Assembly: GCF_001194135.2 (NCBI RefSeq)
Contig: NC_068985.1
Location: 49,244,605-49,308,604, forward strand
Source: Octopus bimaculoides
Taxonomy: Eukaryota
Direction: 5' to 3'
DNA length: 64,000 bases
In this document: one piece after another, positions 50,504 through 63,475 of the stretch
Position numbering within the stretch: the first letter of the stretch is position 1
How the letters are laid out: each line of letters starts with the position of its first letter
Program-made: the position numbers and the translations under genes
The notes under the pieces: generated by a model
Seen by the model: only the letters and a program-made list of their open reading frames with translations
The model's database searches: none
Told to the model about the DNA's origin: nothing

Positions 50504-51686
50504 TATATATATATATATATATATATATATGACACAGCATATGTATGTATGTATATTTATATTTATCATGAAGATGTAATTTTCTCGAAATGCATTTTTT
50601 TTTTCATTGTCAAATACTCTGAATTTCTTGAAATTCTGTCAAAAGATATTTGGATTTACCTAGGATCTGTATTCTACTTACATTTACTGGTGTCTAATTT
50701 TTGAATATTGTTAACCAAATTCTTTTAATACTCAGTGCTTTATTGATATCTGCCAGGATTTTTTAATCCCTTCTTTTCTTCTAGTTATATATATAAACGT
50801 ATGTATGTATGTATATACATACATGCATATATATATATATATATATATATATNNNNNNNNNNNNNNNNNNNNNNNNNNNNNNNNNNNNNNNNNNNNNNNN
50901 NNNNNNNNNNNNNNNNNNNNNNNNNNNNNNNNNNNNNNNNNNNNNNNNNNNNNNNNNNNNNNNNNNNNNNNNNNNNNNNNNNNNNNNNNNNNNNNNNNNN
51001 NNNNNNNNNNNNNNNNNNNNNNNNNNNNNNNNNNNNNNNNNNNNNNNNNNNNNNNNNNNNNNNNNNNNNNNNNNNNNNNNNNNNNNNNNNNNNNNNNNNN
51101 NNNNNNNNNNNNNNNNNNNNNNNNNNNNNNNNNNNNNNNNNNNNNNNNNNNNNNNNNNNNNNNNNNNNNNNNNNNNNNNNNNNNNNNNNNNNNNNNNNNN
51201 NNNNNNNNNNNNNNNNNNNNNNNNNNNNNNNNNNNNNNNNNNNNNNNNNNNNNNNNNNNNNNNNNNNNNNNNNNNNNNNNNNNNNNNNNNNNNNNNNNNN
51301 NNNNNNNNNNNNNNNNNNNNNNNNNNNNNNNNNNNNNNNNNNNNNNNNNNNNNNNNNNNNNNNNNNNNNNNNNNNNNNNNNNNNNNNNNNNNNNNNNNNN
51401 NNNNNNNNNNNNNNNNNNNNNNNNNNNNNNNNNNNNNNNNNNNNNNNNNNNNNNNNNNNNNNNNNNNNNNNNNNNNNNNNNNNNNNNNNNNNNNNNNNNN
51501 NNNNNNNNNNNNNNNNNNNNNNNNNNNNNNNNNNNNNNNNNNNNNNNNNNNNNNNNNNNNNNNNNNNNNNNNNNNNNNNNNNNNNNNNNNNNNNNNNNNN
51601 NNNNNNNNNNNNNNNNNNNNNNNNNNNNNNNNNNNNNNNNNNNNNNNNNNNNNNNNNNNNNNNNNNNNNNNNNNNNNNNNNNNNNN

Positions 51687-52176
51687 ACTGGTGAAACCAG
51701 ATGGCTACACCAGACACCAATCTGATTTGGCAGAGTTTCTACAGCTGGATGCCCTTCCTAACGCCAACCACTCTGAGAGTGTAGTGGGTGCTTTCATGTG
51801 TCACCCGCACGAAGGCCAGTCAGGCAGTACTGGCAATGGCCACGCTCAAAATGGAGTATTTTATGTGCCACCCACACAAGAGCCAGTCCAGGGGCACTGG
51901 CAACGATCTCGCTCGAAAGTCCTTACACATGCCATGGGCACAAGTGCCAGAAATGCGACGCTGGGCACAGGTGCCATCACAATTTCGCTTTCGCTTGACC
52001 CAATAAGTTTTCGCAAGCTGAGTTTCGTGTCCAATGAGGGAGACGACATTGGCATAGGTGCCAGTCGTCGAATTTAACTCGATTTTGATTTCACTTGCCT
52101 CAACAGGTCTTCGCAAGTGGAATTTAGTGTCCAATTTAACTCGATTTCGATTTCACTTGCCTCAATAGGTCTTCAC
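51687..52176 (-). mobile_element. RTE 3' UTR copy, minus strand, 3' end lost in gap
   Basis: Highly similar to the reverse complement of 44540-44890. Confidence 0.8.
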
Positions 52177-52986
52177 ATATATATATATATATATATATAT
52201 GTTTATGTGTCTGTGTTTGTCCTCCCACCATCACTTGACAACTGAGGTTGGTGTGTTTACATCCCCTGTAACTTAGTGGTTACATATATACAATGGGCTT
52301 CTTTCAGTTTCTGTCTACCAAATCTATTCACAAGGTTTTGGTTAGCAGAAGGCTATAGTAGAAGACACTTGTCCAAGGTGCCATACAGTGGGACTGAACC
52401 CGGAACCATGTGGCTGGGAAGTAAGCTTCTTACCACTCAGTCACACACAATCCAATTAAAATTTGTGAAATTAGAATCAATATAATAACAAAACAAAAAC
52501 ATCTTTTAAGGAAATATTGACCATTTTTGATATTCAGATTTAAGTCACTTTTACTCTTTTACTTGTTTCAGTCATTTGACTGCGGCCATGCTGGAGCACC
52601 GCCTTTAGTCAAGAAAATCGACCCCAGGAGTTATTCTTTGTAAGCCTAGTACTTATTCTATCGGTCTCTTTTGCCAAATCGCTAAGTTACGGGGATGTAA
52701 ACACACCAGCATCAGTTGTCAAGCGATGCTGGGGGGACAAGCACACACACACACACATATATATAATATTTATATATTTGATCCTTTATATTGAACACTC
52801 AGTATTTCATCTACATTCAATACTTTCTTTCATGGTGCCATCCATTTTTATTTTATTTTATTTTATATTGTATATTGTATATTATATATTATATATTGTA
52901 TATTCCATATTCTATACCCCACATTAGTTCTGCAGGAATATAAATAAAACATAAAAAACAGACAGTGTTGGAACTCTTTTAAACAA

Positions 52987-53025
<39 letters not shown>

Positions 53026-54218
53026 TACGACGGGCTTCTTTCAGTTTCCATCTACCAAATTCACTCACAAGGCTTTGGTCGGCCTGAGGCTATTGTAGAA
53101 GACACTTGCCCAAGGTGTCACGCAGTGGGACTGAACCCAGAACCATGTGGTTGGTAAGCAAGCTACTTACCACACAGCCACTCCTGCACCTATGTGAGCA
53201 AATTTGTATTAATGTATTCCTCATCATCCTTTAACCAAAGCGAGCATGTTGCACGCTCACATGGGTTGGTTGATTTGACAGGATGTTATGGGTTTAAGAG
53301 TTACATCATACTCCAACGTCTGCTTTGGCATGGTTTCTATAATTGGAGGCTCTTCTTAATGCCTATCACTTGTACTAGGTGCTTTTTACATGGAATCAGC
53401 ACCAGTGAGGTCACCATGCAGCTTGCAAGACTAAGATCACCTTCAACTGAATGAGGGTACAGCAGAGAGAGAGAGAAACAGCTTTCTGTTAAGAGATAAA
53501 GAGATTAAAGTATGAAAGAAGAGGTCACAATGGAACTGGTACCTTACTGTAGAGGAGCAACATGTCTATTCCCATTATAGAAGAAAATATGAGAGTGGCT
53601 GGGGTGGAGCAGGAAAGAGATAAAATAGTGGTGATGAAGGGTTAGAGTGGACCCTCAAGAAACAAGGAGAGTAAAAAAAGGTAAAGTTATCTTCTCAAGT
53701 CATGCTAACTCATAAGGGCTGGTTTCATGGTTTCCATGGTGAATGAATTCCCCACCTGGATAAGATGCTGGTCCATTGCAGGATTACCTATTTTTTGTTA
53801 GTTGAGTGGACTGGAACAACATGAAATGAAGTACTATGCTCAAGAGCACAACACATCGCCCAGTCCAGAAATTGAAACCACAATCTTACAATCATGAGTC
53901 TAACATCCTTACCACTAAACTATGTACCTCCACTATATGAAAGTGAGAGATGGTCAAAGATGGGGATTCGATGAATGGATGAATATAATGAAAAACTAGT
54001 GATGAGGTATAATAAGTAAGGAAGCTAAAGAATAGGTGGCAATTGTAGAAATTGGGTTGGGTTAAAGGGTGGATGTAGTGAATGTTGGTTACATACAACT
54101 GCAGTGCATGTGTCACAAAAACTTCCAAGTTTTTTCCCAGCAATGACTCACAATAATTTAATGAAATTAATTGATGAAAATTCTGAATAGTGAATAAAAT
54201 TAAATTGAATTCCCTCAC

Positions 54219-54375
54219 CTGAATTTCTTTCACAATAGCTGCAAATTTGGGACATTTCTCTGCTGATTCATTCATAAGATTCATGGCATTATCAAAGTTC
54301 TTTACATATTCTGAATATAGTTTAAGGAAAGGAGCATTTCTCTTCATTAGATCCCCAATTCTTGGTTCCGAATGC
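54219..54375 (-). CDS. FGD: FGD exon (DH domain): (W)HSEPRIGDLMKRNAPFLKLYSEYVKNFDNAMNLMNESAEKCPKFAAIVKEIQ
   Basis: Acceptor TTTTCATCTAG, donor CAG|GTGAGG. 157 nt, phase 2 to 0. The ORF track entry 53892-54347 is this exon plus intron read-through. Confidence 0.95.
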
Positions 54376-54671
54376 CTAGATGAAAAGAAAAAGAAAAAAA
54401 TTTTTACAAATTTGAACTGAATTAGATAACGATAATGGATTTCTCAGATAGATTCACAATCAGACAGAGAAATCTTCTAATTAAAGGCTAATTAAAGGCT
54501 AAGCACCACACATCATTTTTGTTTTTGGCACTCTAAGAAGTCTGACAATCCTTGATAATAATGATGAATATTGAACATGACAATAAGACAGATTTAGAAA
54601 AAGAAAGTTTGCTTGAAAAGTGACGGTAGAGATAATAAAGTCCGATAGGAGGAAGAGAAAGACAGAGAAAT

Positions 54672-54726
<55 letters not shown>

Positions 54727-56678
54727 TTGGTTCCTGGACCAGGCAGGGCATTGTGTTTCTGAGCAAGGTACTTTATTTCATGTGGCTCCAGTTTACTCAA
54801 GCATAAAAGAGTACCAATCATATATTGGTGCAACTCTTATTTCTCCCTCCAGCTGAATCAAAAATAGGATGGCCAGATGGTGCCTATGCCTGCTCAGAAC
54901 TACACAGGTTGCACAAACACTTAAAACAATTAATGAAGGCATGATACATTCTACCAGACCATATTTGTATGTGTGTGCAAGTGACAGCAACGGTCTTTCC
55001 TTTTCCATACATATATACCTACACAAACAGACAGGCAGACATAGAACTAAGACAACTACTCTTTTACTCTATAAATTCCAGTCATTGGAGTGTGGTCATA
55101 CTGGAGTACTGATGTACATGGTTTTTAGTTGATTACATGGACCCTGATATGTATTTCAGTCTGGTTAAGAGCGACTACTCATCACATCTTTCTACAGAAA
55201 TAAACATATGTGCGTGCACACACACACACACACACTGAACTTCTACACAAGTCAACATATGGCTACAGTAGAAGATATCTATATGCCCAAGGTATTATGC
55301 ACTGGGATTGAACATGGATCGATATAGTTGCAAAGTACACTTCTTAACAACATAGCTATGCATGACAAGTAGAATCTAACTTAAAAACAAATTTCATTTA
55401 ATTTCTGGAAGCCCAAAATAATAGCTCATTCTATATTTACTAAACAATATTTTTGTAGTAGTTGTTTTTATAAAAAATATCAAAAACTTGCTATGAAGAA
55501 AGTGAAGAAGATTAAAATAAAACTTGAAGATCTTTTTTTATCTTCTTCACTTCACTAGAACAGGAAGCTGTCCAATAAACAGGAAGAATATGAAAGGTTT
55601 ATGAAACAGCAGATGCAATGCTGAGCTGTTGAGATATTTATAAAGATTTAAATAAAAAGATACTGATAACATCTGACAGATAAGCCAGGTTTATGTGAAT
55701 GATTGAATCAAAAGAAATCTAGTTTTGACAGTGCAGCTATTGCGTTTCAGAATGCAACAAAGAAGGTAGCACTGATCTAATGGATCAGAAATGCGCTGAT
55801 ATGAAATAAGATGGTCTTATTGATTTTATATTAATGATAGCAATGGTGATTTAGTGTGGTAGAATGACTGAATTACTGAGAGGTCATCATTCTGGTTTTA
55901 TATCGTATGAGGGGTGACACTATCTTGTATTCATCTAGAGAGGAGATTGAGGTAATCAAATACACACAGACATACACACACACTAATAATATAAGGAAAC
56001 TGAGGTAAGTAAATACACACAAAAACAGACATACATTGTCATTAATAAATAAGATAAAGAAGCACACACAAGCAAACATACATGTACACTGATATGTGTG
56101 TGTGTGTGTGTGTGTGTGCATACGCATGCACGTGTTTATATGTTAAGGTAGTGAGCTGGCAAAATTGTTAGCATGCTGAGCAGAATGCTTAGCAGTATTT
56201 CATTTGTCTTTATAAGTTCAAACTCTGCTAAGGTTGACTTTACCCTTCATCCTTTCAGGGTTGATAAAGTAAGTAGCAGTTGAGCACTACAGTTGATTTA
56301 ATCAACTTAGCCCCTCCCACGAAATTGCTGGTCTTGTGTCAATATATAGTCTGAATTTCTTGAAATTTTACCAAAGGATATTTGGATCTACCTGTCATGC
56401 ATGAGAATTTACCTGGGATCTGTATTTTACTAACATTTGCTGGTGTCTGATTGTTGAAAATAGTTAACCAAATTCTTTTAATATTGAGCACTTCTAACTA
56501 TATATATATATATTTAATTATATGTATTTATTTTATCCTAATTAATAATAATTCAGATAGAATAAATGGGTTAATAGAAACCAGGGTAGCAAAGATCACA
56601 AAATAACTGTGGTGTAATTCCTGTTTGTGAGGCAGAAACTCCTTGATATTTTGGGTATTTGAGTATATATAAATTTAA

Positions 56679-56734
56679 GGAATGGAGTAAACGCATGTTA
56701 TAACTGCAGTTATAACATGCGTTTACTCCATTCC
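56679..56734. repeat. 56-bp perfect spacerless palindrome
   Basis: GGAATGGAGTAAACGCATGTTATAACTG|CAGTTATAACATGCGTTTACTCCATTCC. Confidence 0.95.
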
Positions 56735-56867
56735 GGCGCCACTTGTTCCTCATTTGAATTCATTGTCCTTGTGAAGGATACAATGGACCTGGCAGTTATT
56801 GTTGAGGCCGCAGGTGGCACATAAGATGCACCATTNNNNNNNNNNNNNNNNNNNNNNNNNNNNNNNN

Positions 56868-57201
56868 CAGTACCGCCTGACTGGCCTTCGTAGGATTTTC
56901 GAGCGAGATCGTTGCCAGTGCCACTGGACTGGCTTGTGTGGGTGGCACATAAAAGACACCATTTCGAGCGTGGCCGTTGCCAGTATCGCCTGACTGGCCT
57001 TCGTGCAGGTGACACGTAAAAGCACCTACTACACTCTCTGAGTGGTTGGCGTTAGGAAGGGCATCCAGCTGTAGAAACTCTGCCAAATTTAGATTGGAGC
57101 CTGGTGTTGCCATCCGGTTGCACCAGTCCTCGGTCAAATCGTCCAACTCATGCTAGCATGGAAAGCGGACGTTAAACGATGATGATGATGATGATGATGA
57201 T
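56868..57201 (+). mobile_element. RTE 3'-tail copy
   Basis: GCACCTACTACACTCTCTGAGTGGTTGGCGTTAGGAAGGGCATCCAGCTG..CGTTAAAC(GAT)n. Older or shorter copies of this tail occur near 10340-10495, 11870-12010, 25325-25560, 31260-31460, 38565-38735 and 53220-53410. Confidence 0.8.
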
Positions 57202-60200
57202 GTGCATTTGTGTTTGGGTGTACCCTTGGCTTGACATCAAGAGAGGCTTGTAAATGAGCATCACTGTCATATAAGTGATGTTGTTTGTTTCCAGTCTTTC
57301 ATGAAAAATATGTCAGGCCATGGGAAATCTTACTTTGCTTGGAAACAAGTGAGGATTGGAAACATGAAAGGACATCCAGCGATAGAAAATTTGCCTCAAC
57401 AAAATTCTGTCCAACCCATGCAACCATGGATGTTAAACAGTGATGGTGTCAATGAAGACGATAGAAGAGTGAAGTAATGAAACACATTAACAGATATTTA
57501 CATGCATTGATATATAGAAGAGTAGAGTGGTTGACTGGCAGAGCTGGCAGAGCTGTTAGAGTACTGGAAGAATCTTCTATGATCTTTGTTCCACCTCTCT
57601 CCACTTAGGAGTTCAAATCTGGCTGAGGCCAACTTTGCCTTTCATCCTTTCAGGATCCATAAATACAGCAGCAGTCCAAGTAGTGAGATCAATCATTATC
57701 ATCATCATCATCATCTTCTTTTCCTTCTTCAGGTGCTGAGAGCACCACCCATCCACATAGAGAAAGGTTGGGTAATGAAACATATGCAGCATACACACTG
57801 ATATACAAGTGAGTTGGTAAATCAAATGCACACACACTAATACAAAAGAAAATGAGCCACACATATGCACACACTGATATAGAGATGAATGCTGTCATGA
57901 AACATAATAGGAGAGGGTAATGAAACACACACTTATATACATACAATAACATGCGAGGGGGTGGGCTAAAGAAACAGATTCACACACAGTAATAGTGGAC
58001 TAATGAAACACATACACACATTCAACATATATATAGGTGAGTAGGATAATGAAACACATATGTATTGAATTCCTTACTTTGCTTCCATTTCTAACAGAAT
58101 CACCCATGTACAATTGTATATTTGTGTGACACACACACACACACACACACACATACACATGAAATTAGTATCCTACTGTAATGCACAGAACATATATGGT
58201 AAGAAGGTGTAAAAACTAACACTTCCTTTTTCCAATTTGAGATTCGAAACCGAATCTAAGGATTCTCGCTCATCTGATCCACCACTGGCCAAACAGGTGT
58301 GAAAGAAATTTCTTTGTCCTGTCAAAAAATGATGGATAGTTCCCTTTTGACCTCAGCCATGTCATTTAAGGTTCAAGTGGACAGGAGGTGACCTAAATAA
58401 GTAGGAATTTCTCCTGTGGTATGTCTGCCCTTCTAGCTGTCATACAGTAATCCGTCAAAGGGTGGCAAAGAGAGAGACAGCCACGAGACGGCCAGCAAGT
58501 GACTTCACCAGTTAAGAAGGCAACAGAGATCCAGATATTCAACATGAACAAACCAACACAGTAAGCAGTTGCAGAACATAAACAGACAGCACCAAATGAC
58601 CAACATACACACAGACACAAAACATGTCCAGTTCTATCTCATCATATTGACACAGTATTTTACCCTGTTAATTTCTTCTTGACCAGCTCGAAGTAAAGTT
58701 GGTACTGTCGTGTAATGAGATTTTTGGTGTATGCAACAAGTAAATGCAAGTGTGGTTTAAATATATTATTTAAACTACAATCCAATGTTTTCCCATTTTT
58801 TTACTGTGACGTCGTCCACATGCCTATTTCATCTGCTACCTCAACATCTTTAGCTACACATTTCCCACTACAAGGGCAATCAAACAAATACACACACATG
58901 AAAGTTCCTAATGTGAAACAAATTATTTTGTCATGAAAAAAATGGAGAATAACATTTCTAATGAAGGGTTCTATCTGAAACATAACACTTCTTCCTCTCC
59001 CTAATGCCTAAATAATTTATTCCACATTGTCAACTTTTTGAACTTACTCTATATCCATACATTTAATCACTAATTCTCTCAGATCCTCTTGTTTCACACG
59101 TAAACACACGTAAACACACACACAAATGATTGTCTTCTCCCCAGTTTCTATTGACCAAGTTCCACTCATAAGCTATTGGTCATCCCATTGCTATATAGTA
59201 AGAAACACTCATCCAAAGAGTGCTACACAGTATGATCAAACTTGGAGCCAAATGGTTCTGAAGTGAATTTCTTACCCATACAGTCATTCCCAAATCTTAA
59301 TTTAAAAGCATTTTCCAGGTCCCTATTCAGCTACTTCTCATCCAGTGTCATATCAAAGAAAGTTAAAGAAACCCTAAAAAGACTAACTAAAGCTGAATCT
59401 GGAACCAGTGCGATATCTAGACCATGGGCATATATGCAGGTTTCACTGAACCTCAATATTTAGGTGGGGACCATGGATTAGTTGAATTGGAAGGGTATTG
59501 GACAAAAGATATTGAGGTATTTAGTAATGGCTCTTCATATTCATTCTGATATTGAATACTGCAGTTAATTACATTTACCGTTAAATACCTTCTTTAAGTA
59601 TGATACATAGACTGCTATTTTGAACTAACACTGCTTGTGTTTGCTCATAATGATTGTTTTATTCAGCAGGCTGGCTTATTGCAACATCAGTGATTTTTAA
59701 ATCACTCTTTTTTATTATCTATAAAGACAAATTTTGTTTTAGCATGCAGTTATGAGTGAATACTTGCTACAGATGAAGCACAAAGCAGAAATGCATGTTT
59801 AGCAAAGCCACCACCACTGCTGGACGATTTTCACCTGCTGCTGCTATGTTTTTTGTATCTTTGGTAATGTACACCAATAAAAGATGCTATTTTGAGAAAA
59901 ATGCTGCACTTAGATAGGCTTTCCATGATGTATCTGCTTTATGTATGATATGTAGGTTGCTATGTCTTAGATATTAATACTGCTTCTCTTGCACATAAGG
60001 AATAAAAAAAATTAACAACTAAGAAACTGAGGCCTCATAATAATATTAGAAATTAATACATTTTTCAAACACATATCAGTATATAGTAGATATATTCTAC
60101 TGGAGGTGATCTTTCTGCTGGTAATTAAGTAGCTGTTAAATTGTTAGTAATTCTCATGTGATGTGAGAGAAGACTAAATTGTGATGCTTATCCAATAGAG

Positions 60201-61349
60201 AGAGGTGTTTATAGTTGTTATTTTGATAGTTGAAATTGTTCAAGGTTAACTTCATACAGTGGGAATTACGACACCGCTCAGTAAGCAACAGATATTTGGT
60301 TTAAATCTTATAGAACCTCTTTTGCTTTCGTCTGTTTTAACTAGCATTTCTGGATATGTTATGCATGTATGTAATCAAACATATAATCATTTTTAAGTAA
60401 TCTTTTTTATACTGGTATGATTTTTCTTTTGAGGCAGTGTTTTGCAGCTGGATACCCTTTTGGACACTAATCTCTTAAGTTACCTTTTATGGTATATATT
60501 ATGATTATGGTGCACTTATTCTAAAAGCTGGATACTGAAATACACAGCGGGTGTGTGTGTGTGTGTGTATTTATTATTTATTGTATTACTCTTTTACTCT
60601 TTTACTTGTTTCAGTCATTTGACTGTGGCCATGCTGGAGCACCGCCTTTAGTTGAGCAAATCGACCCCAGGACTTATTCTATCGGTCTGTTTTGCCGAAC
60701 CGCTAAGTGACGGGGACATAAGCACACCAGCATCAGTTGTCAAGCAATGCAAGGGGGACAAACACAGACACAAACACACACACACACACACACATATATA
60801 TATGTATATATATATATATANNNNNNNNNNNNNNNNNNNNNNNNNNNNNNNNNNNNNNNNNNNNNNNNNNNNNNNNNNNNNNNNNNNNNNNNNNNNNNNN
60901 NNNNNNNNNNNNNNNNNNNNNNNNNNNNNNNNNNNNNNNNNNNNNNNNNNNNNNNNNNNNNNNNNNNNNNNNNNNNNNNNNNNNNNNNNNNNNNNNNNNN
61001 NNNNNNNNNNNNNNNNNNNNNNNNNNNNNNNNNNNNNNNNNNNNNNNNNNNNNNNNNNNNNNNNNNNNNNNNNNNNNNNNNNNNNNNNNNNNNNNNNNNN
61101 NNNNNNNNNNNNNNNNNNNNNNNNNNNNNNNNNNNNNNNNNNNNNACACACACAAACACACACACACACACACACACACACCCATGTTGGAGGAAGTTTG
61201 TGAAAGACTAACATTCCTCAGCTTAGTAAAGATTTAGCCAGATGTGACGTTATATTTTGTGGAGCTACTGATCTTGTCACAGATAAGGACCAATGGTAAA
61301 AGTGGATGTCAAAGAAGGAGAGAGAGAGAGAGAGAGGGAGGGAGAGAGT

Positions 61350-61402
<53 letters not shown>

Positions 61403-62485
61403 CACACATGCATGTGACTGTATATGAATAGATATATGTGTGAATGACCTCAAAATAACAGAAATCTCCATAGATTTAACCTGTGTATTCAAAACAAATT
61501 AACCAACTTAATAGCTTCAATATGTAATTTCTGCACTATCGGCAACATTTCATACATCTCCCTCTATGTCTATTTGTATCTCCATTTTCTCTCTCTCTCT
61601 CTCTCTCTTTCATCTTCTCTTTCATGTCTTTTCAATCCTGTCTGAAATATAACCAGAGTCTCTCAATTCTAGAAATATACTAGAAATATCATAGAATACT
61701 GACATGGTCTAACTCCACAATGTAAATTATCACAACTTCCTAAACATGTTAAAGACACCCCACTCTCTGCCATTACCACTAATGTGTACATATTAAACAT
61801 TATCCAAAGGAAAATATCAAACCATCTCAGAGTTAACACCAGTAAATGAGATTCACTTCCTCTCAGGGAAATATGTAAAGGGTTACTCAACTTACTAGAA
61901 ACTGCAGTTGAATTTCCCTAACATAAATCTCTACTGCCCTAAAAAGATGATATCTCGAATGAATAATGTAATATTAGAGATAAGAAACCCTAAAAGCAAA
62001 AAACAGAAGACATAGTCATGGCTGGAGTAATTTAGATTGTTGGTTTGTTACTTAATAAAAGCTAAACTGGAGTTAGAATTCTAGAGAAACATTACATGTG
62101 TCTTTCTACAAAATACTGAAGCCATTCAAGAGTTAAGAACAGCACTCTGATGAGGGTAATCAGATTTTCTTAGAACGAATAAGACAAACTAATATATAAA
62201 CATATATTCAAGTGGTTGGGGGCAGGCATATTTCATGTAATGAACCAAAAATTACTAATTACTAATTGAAATTACATTTATATTAATGAGAACAATCATT
62301 ATCCTAATTAAATCAATTAAAACTAATTAGATATAAAGTGCAGTATGGGATGGAGTCTGATTTTTAGCAATACAATTACAACTCTGGCATGTTTCACCCT
62401 TATTAGACCTCATCAGTAAAGCATAGTTTAACTGTAATGTCAGACTTTGGAGTGACTAAAAAGGATATTATTTATATATATACAT

Positions 62486-62552
<67 letters not shown>

Positions 62553-62557
62553 ATATA

Positions 62558-63429
62558 CAGGGTGCAATGAATATATTGTCTAAATTATGCAAAAATGAAA
62601 ATAACACTGACATATCATTTTAGTAGATATATTTACCAAAATTGCATAAAAATATCTTAAAATACTAAAGAGTAAATTTATTCAATAAAATCGCCATTGG
62701 TTTCAACCATGGCCTCCAGATGACTTCAGGATCTCCTACAACTCTTGTGGACAGTCTCTTTGTTTAAGTTGGTGAATGCTGCCATAATCCTTGCCTTCAG
62801 TTAATCTTTAGAGTTACAACAAGTTTTGTTGGTCTCTTGCTCAACTGCAACCCACACATAATAATCAAGGGGGTTGCAGTCTGGAGAGTTAGGTGACCAG
62901 ATGTTAGGGGTGATGTGGTTGCAGAAATTATCTGACAGCTATGACTGGGATCTCCTGCAAGTGTGGCATGGTGCAGAATCCTGTTGTCAGACATAGGATC
63001 TTCCAGCAGCCACTCTCTTGACCCAGGGTAGCACTACCACCTCCAGAGACTTGATGTAGCCCTCCATGTTGAGTGTGAGGCTGTGTGGGAAGATGAATGG
63101 AGGCATAACATTGCCATCACTAGTGATCACTCAAAACAACATGATGTTGATGGGATGTTTGATTTTTATCACTCTCGGAACATGCACTGTCCTCAGACTG
63201 ACGCTCAAACATTCCGAAATGTTCATATTGGAGCTTCCAGCGCTAATGCCAAGCAGTACAGCATGTCATTTCCAAATTTCTGGCAGAGTGAATTGCATTA
63301 TGGTGCTGTTTTTCTCACAGATGGTGCCCAACTGACTCTACTATACTGTGTAGTTGACAAAATCAAAAACAAACAATGTGCATAAGCAAAATTGAAAATA
63401 TAAAATGGCGACAATTTACCCATCGCACA

Positions 63430-63432
<3 letters not shown>
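62558..63432 (-). mobile_element. Internally deleted maT (DD37D) Tc1/mariner transposon
   Basis: Imperfect TIRs CAGGGTGCAATGAATATATTGTC and TAGTGTGCGATGGGTAAATTGTC. Minus frame reads HTH (NISECLSVSLRTVH), then VITSDGNVMPPFIF..QQDSAPCH..WSPNSPDCNPLDYYVW, with 37 residues between the last two aspartates and in-frame stops. Confidence 0.9.

Positions 63433-63475
<43 letters not shown>

Larger units (their letters stand above)
22159..54375 (-). other. FGD: FGD-family (FYVE, RhoGEF and PH domain-containing; FGD1-4/frabin-like) gene, 3' portion, 14 exons
   Basis: The spliced ORF follows vertebrate FGD4 motif by motif: PRIGD..APFLKLYSEYVKNFD; [25 protein letters not shown] (DH); ELVREG..ERYIFLFND (PH1); [34 protein letters not shown] (FYVE); MPLPGY..HVFKL..WVEVL (PH2). 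All introns are GT-AG with matching phases. Confidence 0.95.

Noticed and set aside
53892-54218. C-terminal extension of the 151-aa ORF beyond KEIQ
   Set aside because: Intron read-through past the donor at 54218. Similarity to FGD stops exactly there. An intronic-polyadenylation isoform is not excluded but has no support.
55875-55935. Possible minus-strand FGD exon DEYKIVSPLIRYKTRMMTS
   Set aside because: AG and GT are present, but there is no similarity to the expected DH segment ending in EW.
58393-58620. GC-richer segment with a 75-aa minus ORF, considered as an alternative first exon
   Set aside because: No donor site or homology supports it. Composition alone is insufficient.
59319-59439. 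Possible plus-strand exon SLFSYFSSSVISKKVKETLKRLTKAESGTSAISRPWAYMQ (nested antisense gene)
   Set aside because: Weak donor (GTTTCA), no recognisable homology, and no partner exons found.
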